NCBI RefSeq assembly: GCF_004010195.1
Contig: NC_057720.1
Span: forward strand, 36,824,334 to 36,859,605
Reading direction: 5' to 3'
Source: Chiloscyllium plagiosum
Lineage: Eukaryota
Length of the DNA: 35,272 bases
Shown here in pieces: positions 1 to 10,735 of this stretch. The notes beneath the pieces are model-generated. The model worked only from the letters and a program-made list of their open reading frames with translations. It had not been told where the DNA came from and did not search any database. Both the position numbers and the translations under genes were made by a program. The first letter of the stretch is position 1. Each line of letters opens with the position of its first letter.

Positions 1-684
1 TCTTTTTTCAATTTTAACAAATCATTTTACTCAGTCAACAGCTCAGCAGAAAAACTGGACAAAAGAAGTTCAGTAAGTGTAGATGCCTGCTTACTTTTAC
101 TGATAACAAGGCCCTGAATAGGGGGGGGGGGGTGTGTACATCAGGGTCTGAAACACTAGAGGTTTCCACTTGCTTGCATGCGGGGGGGGGGGGGGACACA
201 ATCCTCAGTCGGGGTTACAGCAAGGGCGCACGCCTGGAGCAATACCAGAGCAAGTGATTTCTGTCCTGCCCCTGAATGACCACATCAGCAATTTGTTATT
301 AGTTGTTAGTTGTTTTTGACCTCACTACTACATTTCTGACAGCTAACTGAAAGAATGCACAAGTTAATCTTTATTATGTTTAAAATTTATTCACAAACTG
401 AATCATTACAAATGTACAGCTCCTAAATCTTTAACCTATCAGCAAATACACATCAATACACTAGTTTTATGAACAGGTTTGCTGACACAAATCTCACGAA
501 GGCAATCAGACTCTCCAGCTAGCACTTATCTTTTAGCTACCACAGACGGCAATTTCCTGTCATGGTGGTGTAGGCCCAAGGTCTGCCAGCCACCATTTTC
601 ATGTAGGATCCAGAACGTCAGATACTAAGCACCATTTGTTTCTTTCCCCAGAGAAGGAGAGGATGTATTTGACATGTTGGCTGA

Positions 685-1510
685 TGAATGTAAGTTTGCT
701 TGCTCAGCTGGAAGGTACATTTTCAGATGTTTCTAGGTAACATCATCAGTGAGCCTCCCGTGAAGTGCTGGTGTTATGACCTATTTTCTATTTATGTGTT
801 TAGGTTTCCTTGGGTTGGTGATGTCATTTCCTGTTCTATCAGAGGACGATAAGGGGTGTCCAAGTCGATGTTTTTGTTGATAAAGTTCCACTTGGAATGC
901 CATGTTTCTCGGAATTCTCGGGTGTGTCTCTGTTTGGCTTGTCCTAGGATGGATGTGTTATCCCAGTCGAAGTGGTCTCCTTCCTCATCTGTATGTAAGG
1001 ATACTAGTGAGAGAGGGCCATGTCTTTTTGTGGCTAGTTGATGTTCACATATCCTGGTGGCTAGTTTTTTGCCTGTTTGTCCAATGTAGTGTTTGTTACA
1101 GTTCTTGCAAGGTATTGGATCATCAACTAGCCACAAAAGTACTTGACCCACTATCACTAGTATCCTTACATATAGATGAGGAAGGACACCACCTTGACTG
1201 GGACAACACATCCATCCGAGGACAAGGCAAACAGAGAAAAGCACAAGAATTCCGAGAAGCATGGCATTCCAACCAGAACTCTATGAACACATCGACTTGG
1301 ACCCCATTTACCATCCTCTGAGAAAAAGAACAGGAAATGACATCACCAACCCAAGGAAACCTAAACACATTAATAGAAAGCAGATCATAACCTCTGGTGA
1401 AGCAGTGATGTTACCTAGAAGAAAACATCTGAAAATGAACCTTCCAATTCAGCAAACAAACTTTTATCCCAAATCTCAACCTAAGCTACAAATCTTCTCA
1501 AAACTCACTA
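685..1510. mobile_element. Penelope-like element (PLE) remnant: GIY-YIG endonuclease C-terminus plus pseudo-LTR, present as an inverted pair
   Basis: The minus frame gives IPCKNCNKHYIGQTGKKLATRICEHQLATKRH...FDWDNTSILGQAKQRHTREF (GIY-YIG motif of PLEs). 1120-1510 is an inverted copy of ~685-1025 (HQLATK...LDWDNTSIRGQGKQRKAQEFREAWHS). Confidence 0.85.
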
Positions 1511-2960
1511 ATGGTTGGCTAATGTCAATTTTTTTCATAATTTTTCAGTAAGCCTACATGGCAGGTTTACCATATTTCCCCAAACTTTACCTTCTCACTT
1601 TGCATCTTCCCAGATATGTTTAAGTAATTATTGAATGAGTTCCCTCCGACTTGGTATATTTAACTTCAGTTTTTACAATTACCGCCCACTATGTTTGCAT
1701 CAGTGATTAAAACACAACTGAAACCGCAAAAAGCAAGAAGCTCACACAAATAGAAAAAATTAAAAGCAAGCTTCATCTTGTAAGCTTTATGGCACAGGAG
1801 GCTTTTTGGCACATCACCTCTGATTTGACAGGCTGGATAACAACAATATCAAACTATCCAGCTAACTTCAGGATGGTTGGACATGAACTCAAAGTCTCTC
1901 TGTTCCAGTGTATCCTAACTTTTATGCATTCCCTGGCCCTGTTTTCGTAAGTCAATGATCTTGCCACTCCTTCAGACTGAATATCATTTGCTACTTTTCC
2001 TAGTGGATGGATATGAAAACAAGGATGACAATTTTAAAATAGAATCATTGCTTAACAAGAAGTTAACATTAGCTTTTTAAATATATTTTATTGTGGAACG
2101 TGGACATTGTTAGCTAGACCAGTGCTTTTTTATCCATCCCCAATTGTCCTGGAGGTGGTGTAGGGACATTCTCAGTGTTGTTAGGAAGGGAATTGTAGGA
2201 TTTTGACTCAGTGACAATGAAGGAATAGAAATACAATTCCAAGTCAGGATACTCAACGACTTGCAGATGATGGTGTTTCCCACAGCATTACCTGACCAGT
2301 CCAGCAAGAAAGGAAGCACTGCTCAACCTGGGAAATGAAGTAGGTCAAATAATGTCAGTACAGGAAATGATCATTGGAAAGGTTTAAGAGGTTCATTGAA
2401 AATGGGCAATCCACATCATGATGGGAGGTTTGTAATTTACAGATAATTTCTTTACAACATAATAGTTGCATTCTTGTGCAACCCCACATAATAGAAAATC
2501 ATTCTCTAGAAACAGCGCTTAAAGTTTTGGTGATGTAAGCAGGTAACAGCCAACATACATTTTAAAAGTTTGCACTTAAGAAACTGTGTGCCCAATTCAT
2601 CAATCTTGCTACAGTGAATTTGCGTTAATGAAATGTACATTATTGTAGAATGACATGTATATTTTAATTGAATTTATTTTAAAGTTTGGAAGCACCTTTT
2701 AAACAAAAGTATAAAATAGTTCCAGGAATGCTAATGAGAGTTTTACAAGTGGACAGGATAAATATTGATCAACATTACTTGCTTTCATTTAGATGGATTA
2801 GGGATCAATTGGATGGATTAGGGATGATACTCAGCTTTTCATGAGGAAAAATACTCAGCTTTGGAAGTTTTCATTTTCAGTTTATAAAAGTTATGTTGAA
2901 GATGGAGTTAGAGAAAGGACTTAGTTTAGAAATGACATGGAGGTGCTGGTGTTGGACAAT

Positions 2961-3285
2961 GTTAAAAATCACACAACACCAGGTTATAGTCCAACAGATT
3001 TATTTATAAGTATAAGCTTTTGGAGTGCTACTCCTTCGTCAGGTAGCTACTGGGGCAGGATCGTAGGACACAATTTATAGCAAAAGGTCAAAGTATCACA
3101 CAACTGATGCAATATATTGAACAAATCTAAATTGCTGTTAAGTCTTCCATCTTTTAGAATGGATTGCAAGTTTCGATTCATTAATATGTAAATCCCAGAA
3201 CTACTTTCAAGTCATAATCCTGAGATAAAAAGGTTTTATAAAAAATGGTTTTGTAAAATAACCTGGTATTGTGTGATTTTTAACT
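2961..3285. mobile_element. Short PLE-derived element with inverted termini and a decayed hammerhead motif
   Basis: ttaaaaatcacacaacaccaggttat (~2962-2987) is nearly the reverse complement of ataacctggtattgtgtgatttttaa (~3258-3283). Minus strand 3013-3042 reads CTGACGA-AGGAG-TAGCA-CTCC-AAAAGCTT, a hammerhead core with the G of GAAA mutated. Confidence 0.6.
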
Positions 3286-3769
3286 TAGTTTAGAAAATAG
3301 CTTACCTGAGTGTAAGGATTCTGGTTTGAAGTTTCCAGACCGGAAATGTTTGGTTAGAACCCTGAAGGGGTTATTTGACTCTGAAAAGTCTAAGCTCCTG
3401 TGTGAATACTCAAGGAAGAGGCTAGTGGATTCTCAAGATTGGGAATTGAAAATAACAGTTAAGATAAACTCAAAAGAGATAAACAAGGAAATTCTCCCTG
3501 CTGCTGGAATAATTGGAAGTGTATTTTTACCATGTGTTTCACGATCTTTCAAACTATTATATGGAAATAACTTGACTCATTTGCCTTTTTTTCTTTGTTT
3601 GCAAAATAAACTTATTTTGTGGTTAATACTTATTTCTGTGAAAGACTACCTCATTAAATTAAACTAAACAAAATGTAAAGTATTAAGCTAGATTTCAGAA
3701 TGGGATCTGACTTGTCCAATAATAGCATCAGCTGTGATCATAATAAGAACAGAAATAGTCAACTGGTGG

Positions 3770-5430
3770 AAAGGAGACTTCATTGGAGCAAGACCAGAGC
3801 TGGACCAGACAGACTATTAACTTATCCATTCTTAACTCCTCTCACTTCCTTCACATCAAAGGGGTGTCCATGGGTCCAGACATAGACCCCAATTATGCCT
3901 GTCTCTTTGTAGGGTACGTGGAACATCCCTTATTCCCACCCTATTCCAGTCACCACCCAATAACTCTCTCTCTGGAGTATCGATATCCTGCTCGCCCAGA
4001 ATTGGAAAGGCTTATCAATTTTGCTTCCACCAATTTCCACCCTGCTCTCACCTTCACCAGGTTTGTCTTTGAATTGTCCCTTCCCTTCCTCAAATTCTGT
4101 TTCTATTCCTGAGGATAGGCTGGCCACCAATATCCACTACAAACCAACAAACTCCCACAATTACCTTGACCATTCATCCTCACATCCTACTTCCAGCAAA
4201 GACTCTATTGCATTCTCCCAATCTTCTATCTCTGTCATCTGTTCAGATGATGCCAACTTCAACAAGAGGTCCTCTGAAACATCCATGTTCTTCCTCAATT
4301 TCCCCAGCACTGTAGTTGACAGGGCCCTTAGCTTGGTCCAACCCATTTCCCACACTTCAGCCCTCACTCCCTCTCTTCCCTCCTACAATAGCAATAGCAT
4401 CCCCTTGTCCTCACCTACTATTCCACCAGCATCCACATCCAGAGGCTCATTAGCCCGCCATTTCCACTACCTCCTGATGCTGTCTGGCTTGCTGTGTCCT
4501 TCCAGCCTCTTGCTTGTCGACCTTGGTTTCCAGCATCTGCAGTTTTTTTTTGTCTCATTTCCACCACCTCCAGCAGGATGCCACCGTTAGACACATATTC
4601 CCCATCCCTCCCCTCCCCCCCCCTTCCCATGTCAGCCTTCTGCAAGGACTTTCCCTCAGAGACACCCTGGTCCATTCCTACTTCATTCGCCACATCTTCC
4701 CATGGCACCTTCCCTTGCAACCACAGAAGGTGTAACACCTGTCCATTTACTTCCTCCTTTCTCAGTATTAGGTGAAGCAGCTCTTTACCCGCATATCACT
4801 CAATCTACTCTACTACATTTGCTGCTTATAATGTGGTCACCTCTACATTTGGGGAAATGAAGTGTAGATTGGGTGGCTGCTTTGCACAACACCCATTTTC
4901 TGTCCAAAAAAACGACCCTGGGCTTCCAGTTGCCTGCCATCCACCTTGTTCCCTGGCTAACATCTTGTCTCAGACTTGCTGTACCGCTCCAGCGAAGAAC
5001 AACACTTCATTTTCTGCTTGGGAACTCTACAGCCTTCTGGGCTGAATATTGAGTTCAAAAATTTTAGGGCTAGAGGCACTTTCTCCCTTGTTGTTACCCC
5101 AATCCCGCACACACACATGGTCTGCTATTACACACTACCTTTTGTCTGCCACTAATAGACCACACTAGCAGCCATTCATTCTCCAGGACTGACAGTCATC
5201 CACACCTTTGTCAGTCCAATTGTTCTCCTCTCTCTTTGAGCTCCATCTCTACCTATCATTTACTCTTTACTCCTCCCCCATCCTATCTTCTGTATAAAAA
5301 ACCAACTTCTTCCTAGCTACCATTAGTTCTGAAGAAAGATTACTGGACCCCAACATTAACCAGATTTCTCTCCAAATACTTCCAGACCTGCTGAGTTTTT
5401 CCAGGAATTTCTGTTTTTGTGTTAAGAAAA
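3770..5430 (+). mobile_element. Degenerate Penelope-like retroelement (RT C-terminal half, GIY-YIG, 3' pseudo-LTR)
   Basis: Frameshifted fragments read FLHIKGVSMGPDIDPNYACLFVGYVE, LATNIHYKPTNSHNYLDHSSSHP...KDSIAFSQ, GTFPCNHRRCNTCP and CGHLYI. The tail at ~5329-5420 carries a decayed CTGAAGA hammerhead-like motif and the shared gacctgctgagtttttccag block. Confidence 0.8.
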
Positions 5431-5599
5431 CAGGCAATGCGTTTAGGAAGCAACAACAAATTCAAGAACATTGGAGAGACAGTAGTTTGCAAGGATGGAA
5501 TTGTCACTTTTCTTTGAGAGGGTAAGGCCATCATTCTTATTATAACACTATAACATAGAAGGATAAGCCCCTATAATCATAATTCAAGTTTCTACTCAC

Positions 5600-5640
5600 T
5601 GTGCCAGCAAAGCTTTTCGTGTGCCAAGTCCACTCAGTTC
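5600..5640 (-). CDS. TOE1: TOE1 (target of EGR1, CAF1-family deadenylase/exonuclease) coding exon, 41 nt
   Basis: Reads cttttcaatcacag|GAA CTG AGT GGA CTT GGC ACA CGA AAA GCT TTG CTG GCA CA|gtgagt = ELSGLGTRKALLA(Q). It continues the DT-E-LSGLG DEDD motif from the preceding exon. Confidence 0.92.
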
Positions 5641-5728
5641 CTGTGATTGAAAAGTCAAATAGAAATAAAATGTATATAGTTTCAAAATGACTTCAAAGCA
5701 ATTAAGAGATAACAAATGTTACACTCAC

Positions 5729-5845
5729 AGTATCAAGGGCGATGAAACTTGCTGTCCTTACTGCAAGTAGCATAGAAGGCCACACCTCCTTAAAATTGTC
5801 AATGTGGACATCAACAACAGGCACTTTTGTAAAGGCCATCTTCAT
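5729..5845 (-). CDS. TOE1: TOE1 first coding exon (coding part)
   Basis: [39 protein letters not shown] followed by a gtgagt donor. It matches the TOE1 N-terminus (VPVVDV..NFKE.WP). The second ATG at 5839 has the better Kozak context (aagATGg). Downstream exons were not found in 1-5600 and presumably lie left of the window. Confidence 0.92.
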
Positions 5846-6939
5846 CAGATTCTTGATATGACAAAATAATTTACATGGTTAAATCCACTTCTCATTCACG
5901 GTCTTAAAAAGAACATATACATTATATAAGATAACTAGAGAATCTCCTAAACATTTGCAATCTTTTTACAAGGGAGTCTTTTTTTTTCCAACAGAATACT
6001 GTCCTTCTCTTTAGTTAAATCACATTATATTGCCTACATATCACAAGTTTATAAAACAGTACTTTGTTGTCATGACAAAAGTAAACCTAAACGCGTCTAT
6101 TTCAAATTCCATCCTGAACTGTTCCAACTTTGCCCACTAATCAGCCACCTTTGCTATACGCTTTCAAAGTCAAAATTAATAGTAGCAGAATTTTATTTAG
6201 CTGACATTTGTGAATACTAGGTCTTATTCTCCTGACAAGAATAATCATGTCAGTGAAGGGCAACTTGCAAAGGTGATAAGTACTTTCGACGCCAAGCCAT
6301 TAGTCCGAATTAAAAAATACCAAATCATAAAAAAGTAAACTTAAAGCTATTTTACCCTTGTTGTTGCACTGGCTTCCCTTGTTTGTAGTTTAACCAGGCT
6401 CTTTTAAACTTCAGTATGTTATCGCTGACTGCTTTCTTTTGAGAAATCACAGATACTTCCCCAAAGCAAGACCTTCATGTAAAGCTAATTTAAACAAAAA
6501 GACAGCGTATAGGAGGCACATCACAGAAATCTGCCCCCCGTAGAGAATGATAGAGACATTTACACAAAAAGAAAACACTTCCATCTGATTTGGGTTTTCC
6601 AGTTGTTGATGTTCATTCTCTACATTTATTACTCCCTATTTCCCGTTTTCGCTGAATCCCTCTCTTTCTCTGTAATTAATAACTAATTGTCATTCTCCCT
6701 GCTCAGACAGACACACTCCACAACCTCACAGAGACACGGGGCCCTTCCTTGCTGCCGTTCCAGCTCCTCCCGGAGGGTGGTTCACAGAGGTTTACAAACA
6801 AAGTGATAAAATTAACACCGTTAGTTTAAGAACGGAAAATCGCAGCTTTTAGGCTGATACGCCCCTAAAGGGGGGAACTCGTCAGTGATGTTACACAGGC
6901 AATCCAGTAGTCAGTCTTGGAAGGGTCCTTCCTTACTTT

Positions 6940-7038
6940 TGTCGCTGTGGACTCGTGCTGCGTTCCCGGATGTTGGCGGTGCTGGTTGTGGTTGTGAAGC
7001 AGCGCGTGGTCGGATCCTGTATTGGATCATACTGAGCT
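6940..7038 (+). other. MUTYH: Candidate non-coding MUTYH first exon (5' end approximate)
   Basis: GC-rich stretch ending in the donor ct|GTGAGT (7039-7044). No transcript evidence is available. Confidence 0.35.
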
Positions 7039-7148
7039 GTGAGTTTTCACTAGATAGACATCTATCCGTTATCTTCGGGCGAACTAGCGCTCTATCCGCT
7101 GACATTGACTTCACGCTCACCGGGATCCCTGTTATTGCCTATGTTTAT

Positions 7149-7180
7149 TCCTGATGAAAGGCTTTTGTCTGAAACGTCGA
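7149..7180 (+). ncRNA. Minimal type-I hammerhead ribozyme motif in a short PLE-derived element (7146-7231)
   Basis: CTGATGA(7151-7157)-A-AGGC-TTTT-GTCT-GAAAC-GTC(7176-7178), with only 2 bp of stem I (TC/GA). Confidence 0.7.
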
Positions 7181-7589
7181 TTCTCCTGCTCCTCGGATGC
7201 TGCCTGACCTGCTGCGCTTTTCCAGCAACACTGTAATCTAGATTCTTATTCCTGTAATCTGCCTAATTATCAAAAAAAGAAACTACATTTCACTCGACTG
7301 GGCTCAATGTCAGATCCCGGAGTGGTGCCTCCCATGCCACTTCCCAGGAATGCACAGATTTCTTATCCTCTTTTAGCACAACAGAATTTCAAAATGACAG
7401 AGACTTGTGCAGCAGTCAGCGTGTCCCAGCTGCCACCCACGACCGTTCGGACCCCTCGGACCTGCTGCACCATTCAGCACGTTTGGAATTAGGTTTATTG
7501 TCAGGTGTACTCAAGTTACAAACGAACACCAGTACAGTGAAATTTATATCTGATTGTGGCCTTTGCTTTCGTATCAGTTTTCCACTTTA

Positions 7590-8310
7590 AACGGTGCTGT
7601 CTTGTCCATCAAAAAATCTAACTCTGCCTTTAATAAATTCAGTAGCACTGATTCCATTGCTATTTGAGGATCCGAATTTCACAGACTTCCTTATCCCTGA
7701 TCCTATGAGAGAGAAAAAAAAAATCAAAGTGACTCCTTATTTTTAAATAGTGTTACTTGGTCCTAATACCTCCTGCAAGGGGAAATGTACTCGGAGTCCC
7801 CCACCCCATCAAGTCTTTTCTAGATCTTATATTTCTATACATCATCTTTCATTCTTCTAAACGAATTGATACAGACCCAAACTGTCCAAGCTTTTTTCAT
7901 AAGATAACCCCTTCATTCTAGGAATCAGCTGAACGAACCTTCTTCCAACTGTCTCAACTGCAATTATATCCTATCTTTAGTAACAAAACCGTACCAGTAT
8001 ATTCCATTCTTTTGGCAATAAAGGTTGACATGCTATTTACCTTCCTAATCACTTATTGTATCTATGTAGCAATGTTTTGTGATTTCATGTGCAAGGACAC
8101 ATGCATTCTCTGCACCACAAAGTGGTGGAGGCTGGTACAATAACAACATTTAAAAGGTATCTGGATAGGCACATGAATAGGAAGGGCCTCAAGCGATATG
8201 GGCCAAATGCTGGCAAATGGCGCTAGATTAAATTTGGATATCTGGCCATCAGGGACAAGTTGGACTGAAGAGTCTGCTTGAATGCTGCACAGCTCTATGA
8301 CACTATGTCT
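7590..8310. mobile_element. Degenerate CR1-type LINE fragments (minus-strand piece, plus a plus-strand 3' end at ~8120-8305)
   Basis: 8120-8305 (gtggtggaggctggtacaataacaacatttaaaagg...ctctatgac) is the reverse-complement homologue of the CR1 3' end at 8963-9140. The upstream part resembles 12150-12650. Confidence 0.65.
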
Positions 8311-8387
8311 GTCACCCCATTATATAATATACTGCTTTTCTGTTCTTCTGCCATGGTGGGCAAGTTCACGTTTATCCATATTATACT

Positions 8388-8833
8388 TGTGATGATACAA
8401 TGGCTTTAAGAGGTGCATTTTGTCCTTTCTTTATGAAGAGTGGTTGAGACATAGGTGATGAGAGGTCTGTTCCAAGCCAATAAAGTAAGAAGCTTGTGAG
8501 GCTTGGGGATTTTTTCCAAACTTGGAACAAGATCTCTTTTTCTGAATTTGCCGTTGCCATTTATATGTTTATGGGATATTACTATCTTGCTGTTTAGAAG
8601 TTTAATAATCTATTCTGTTAAAATTTCCAATTGGGTTGTTATTCCAATTCATCTTTGTTTTGTTTGTACTTTTGCCATAGTGTAAGAATAAAGTGTTTTG
8701 CTTCTAGCCTGCCAGTTTAACCAATCGAGTTGCAGTTCGAACACAATGCCTTACATTGACTTTAAAAATAAGAAATCATTAGGTTTAGGCTATCTTCTCA
8801 AACTATTGCGAGGGGTATCATCCGGTCCATAAC
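8388..8833. mobile_element. Probable solo or deleted LTR interrupting an old CR1 fragment
   Basis: Begins tgtgatga, ends tccataac and contains an internal aataaa. CR1-like sequence (tttatccatattatact / cgctcacttaac) resumes on either side. Confidence 0.4.
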
Positions 8834-8962
8834 CTATTGAATATGCAAAGACTTTGTCCGCTCACTTAACATTTCGCAGGTTCTGTATGTCTTCTTCATA
8901 ACCTTTGCATATCCAGATTTGTGGGACCATGCAATCTGTCCCTTCATCCAAGTTATTCAAGT

Positions 8963-10485
8963 CATAGAGATGTACATCATGGAAATAGACCCTTCGGTCC
9001 AACTTGTCCATACTGACCAGATATCCTAACCTAATCTAGTCTCATTTGCCAGCACTTGGGCCATATCCCTCTAAACCCTTCCTATTCATATACCCATCCA
9101 GATACCTTTTAAATGATGTAATTATACCAGCCTCCACCACTCCCTCTGGCAGCCATTCCATCCATGCACCACCCTCTGTGTGAAAAAGTTGTCCCCTTAG
9201 TCTCTTTTATATCTTTCCCCTCTCACCCTGAACCTTAGTCCTAACTAGTTCAGGACACCTCCACCCCAGGGAAAATACCTTGTCTGTTTATCCTATCCAT
9301 GCCCCTCATAATTAATAAACCTGTATAAGGTCACCCTTCAGCCTCCAATGCTTTAGAGAAAACAGCCCAAGCCTATTCAGCCTCTCCCTATAGCTCAAAT
9401 CCTCGAACCTTGGTAACATCCTTGTAAATCCTTTCTAAGCCCTTTGAAGTTTCACAGCATCCTTCCAATAGGAAGGAGACCATAGTTGTATGCGATATTC
9501 CAAAAATGTCCTGCACAGCTGTAACATGACTTCCCAACTCTAATCATTCAAGGAAAGTATGCCAAATGCATTCTTCACTATCCTATCTACCTGTGACTCT
9601 CCTTTCAAGGAGCTATGAATCTGCACTCCAAGGTCTCTTTGTTAGATTACTTTACAGTGTGGAAACAGGCCCTTCGGCCCAACAAGTCCATACCTACCCG
9701 CCGAAGCGCAACCCACCCATACCCCTAACCTAACACTACAGACAATTTAGCATGGACAATTTACCTGACCTGCACATCTTTGGACTCTCGGAGGAAACCG
9801 GAGCACCCGGAGGAAACCCACGCAGACATGGGGAGAATGTGCAAACTCCACACAGTCAGTCTCCTGTGACGGGAATTGAACCCAGGTCTCTGGCGCTGTG
9901 AGGCAGCAGTGCTAACCACAGTGCCACCGTGCCGTTCAGCAACACTCACCAGCACCTTACCATTAAGTGTAATAAATCTGATTTGCTTTTCCAAAATGCA
10001 GTACCTAGCATTTATCTAACTTAACCTCCATCTGCCAGTCCTCAGCCCATTGGCCCATCTGATCAAGATCCCGTTGTACTCTGAGGAAACCTTCTTCGCT
10101 GTCCACTGCACCTCCAATTTTGGTGTAATCTGCAAACTTTATGAGTATATCTCCTATGCTCACATCCAAATCATTGATATAAATGTTGAAAAGTAGTGAA
10201 TGCAGCACCTATCCTTGTGGCAAACGACTGGCCACAGGTCTCCAGTCTGAAAAGCAACCCTCCACCACCACCCTCCGTCCTCTACCTTTGAGCCAGTTGT
10301 GTATCCAAATGGCTAGTTCTCCCTATATTCCATGAGATATAACCTTGCTAACCAGTCTCCCACGAGGAGCCTTGTTGAATGCCTTACTGAAGTCTATATC
10401 AATCACATCTACCGCTCTGCCTTCATCAATCCTCTTTGTTACTTCTTCAAAAAATGTAATCAAGTTCGTAAGACATGATTTCACA
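8963..10485 (-). mobile_element. 5'-truncated CR1-clade LINE (RT domain plus 3' UTR), interrupted by a SINE
   Basis: KSCLTNLITFFEEVTKRIDEGRAVDVIDIDFSKAFNK and LLFNIYINDLD...IKFADYTKIGGAVDSEEG. The 3' tail ctctatgact lies at ~8963. Confidence 0.9.
9644..9933 (-). mobile_element. HE1-like tRNA-derived SINE inserted in CR1
   Basis: Minus strand reads ggcacggtggcactgtggttagcactgctgcctcacagcgccagagacctgggttcaattccc (A/B boxes) through to a taatctaa tail. Homologous to 29247-29575 and 34005-34305. Confidence 0.88.
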
Positions 10486-10623
10486 GTTAAATAGTTAACT
10501 GAGAGGTAAAGCCCCAGCACTAATCCCTACGCTTAGTTTGCTGGTATTTATTCATATGCTGTAAGGTTTTCATTATTACTGAATTATTTAATAGAATTTT
10601 GAACACATTCATCTCTGAAGAAT

Positions 10624-10735
10624 ATGAGCAAGATGAGAACCGCAGAGAGACTTAGAAAAGCATCATTAAAAAGAAAAAAGATTGTGAAAAGTTCATCACA
10701 GAGCAAGAAGCTATGTCAAGAACAGATCAAAGTAG
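10624..10735 (+). CDS. MUTYH: MUTYH first coding exon (basic, NLS-like N-terminus)
   Basis: [37 protein letters not shown] followed by a G|GTGGGT phase-1 donor compatible with the next exon. Low sequence conservation, so less certain than the other exons. Confidence 0.7.

Larger units (their letters stand above)
6700..7490. promoter_or_regulatory. Putative bidirectional TOE1/MUTYH promoter, CpG-enriched region
   Basis: Local CpG/GC enrichment between divergently oriented TOE1 and MUTYH exons. ETS-like CCGGATGT at 6966-6973 and an ACTACATTTCAC motif at 7282-7293. The head-to-head arrangement is known in other vertebrates. Confidence 0.65.

Noticed and set aside
121..195. Poly-G runs (also poly-C at 27981-27997) as G-quadruplex elements
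   Set aside because: They are simple homopolymers of uncertain length with no supporting context.
1590..1630. Possible next TOE1 exon (minus-strand donor AAG|gtaaag)
   Set aside because: The translation does not resemble the expected CIEERYK...SILSLG peptide.
2830..3745. Second LTR-like remnant around the short PLE element
   Set aside because: The composition and the gatcataata end are suggestive, but termini and a TSD could not be defined.
9860..9933. tRNA genes at SINE heads (also ~29250 and ~34005)
   Set aside because: The A/B boxes are followed by SINE body and tail, with no complete cloverleaf.
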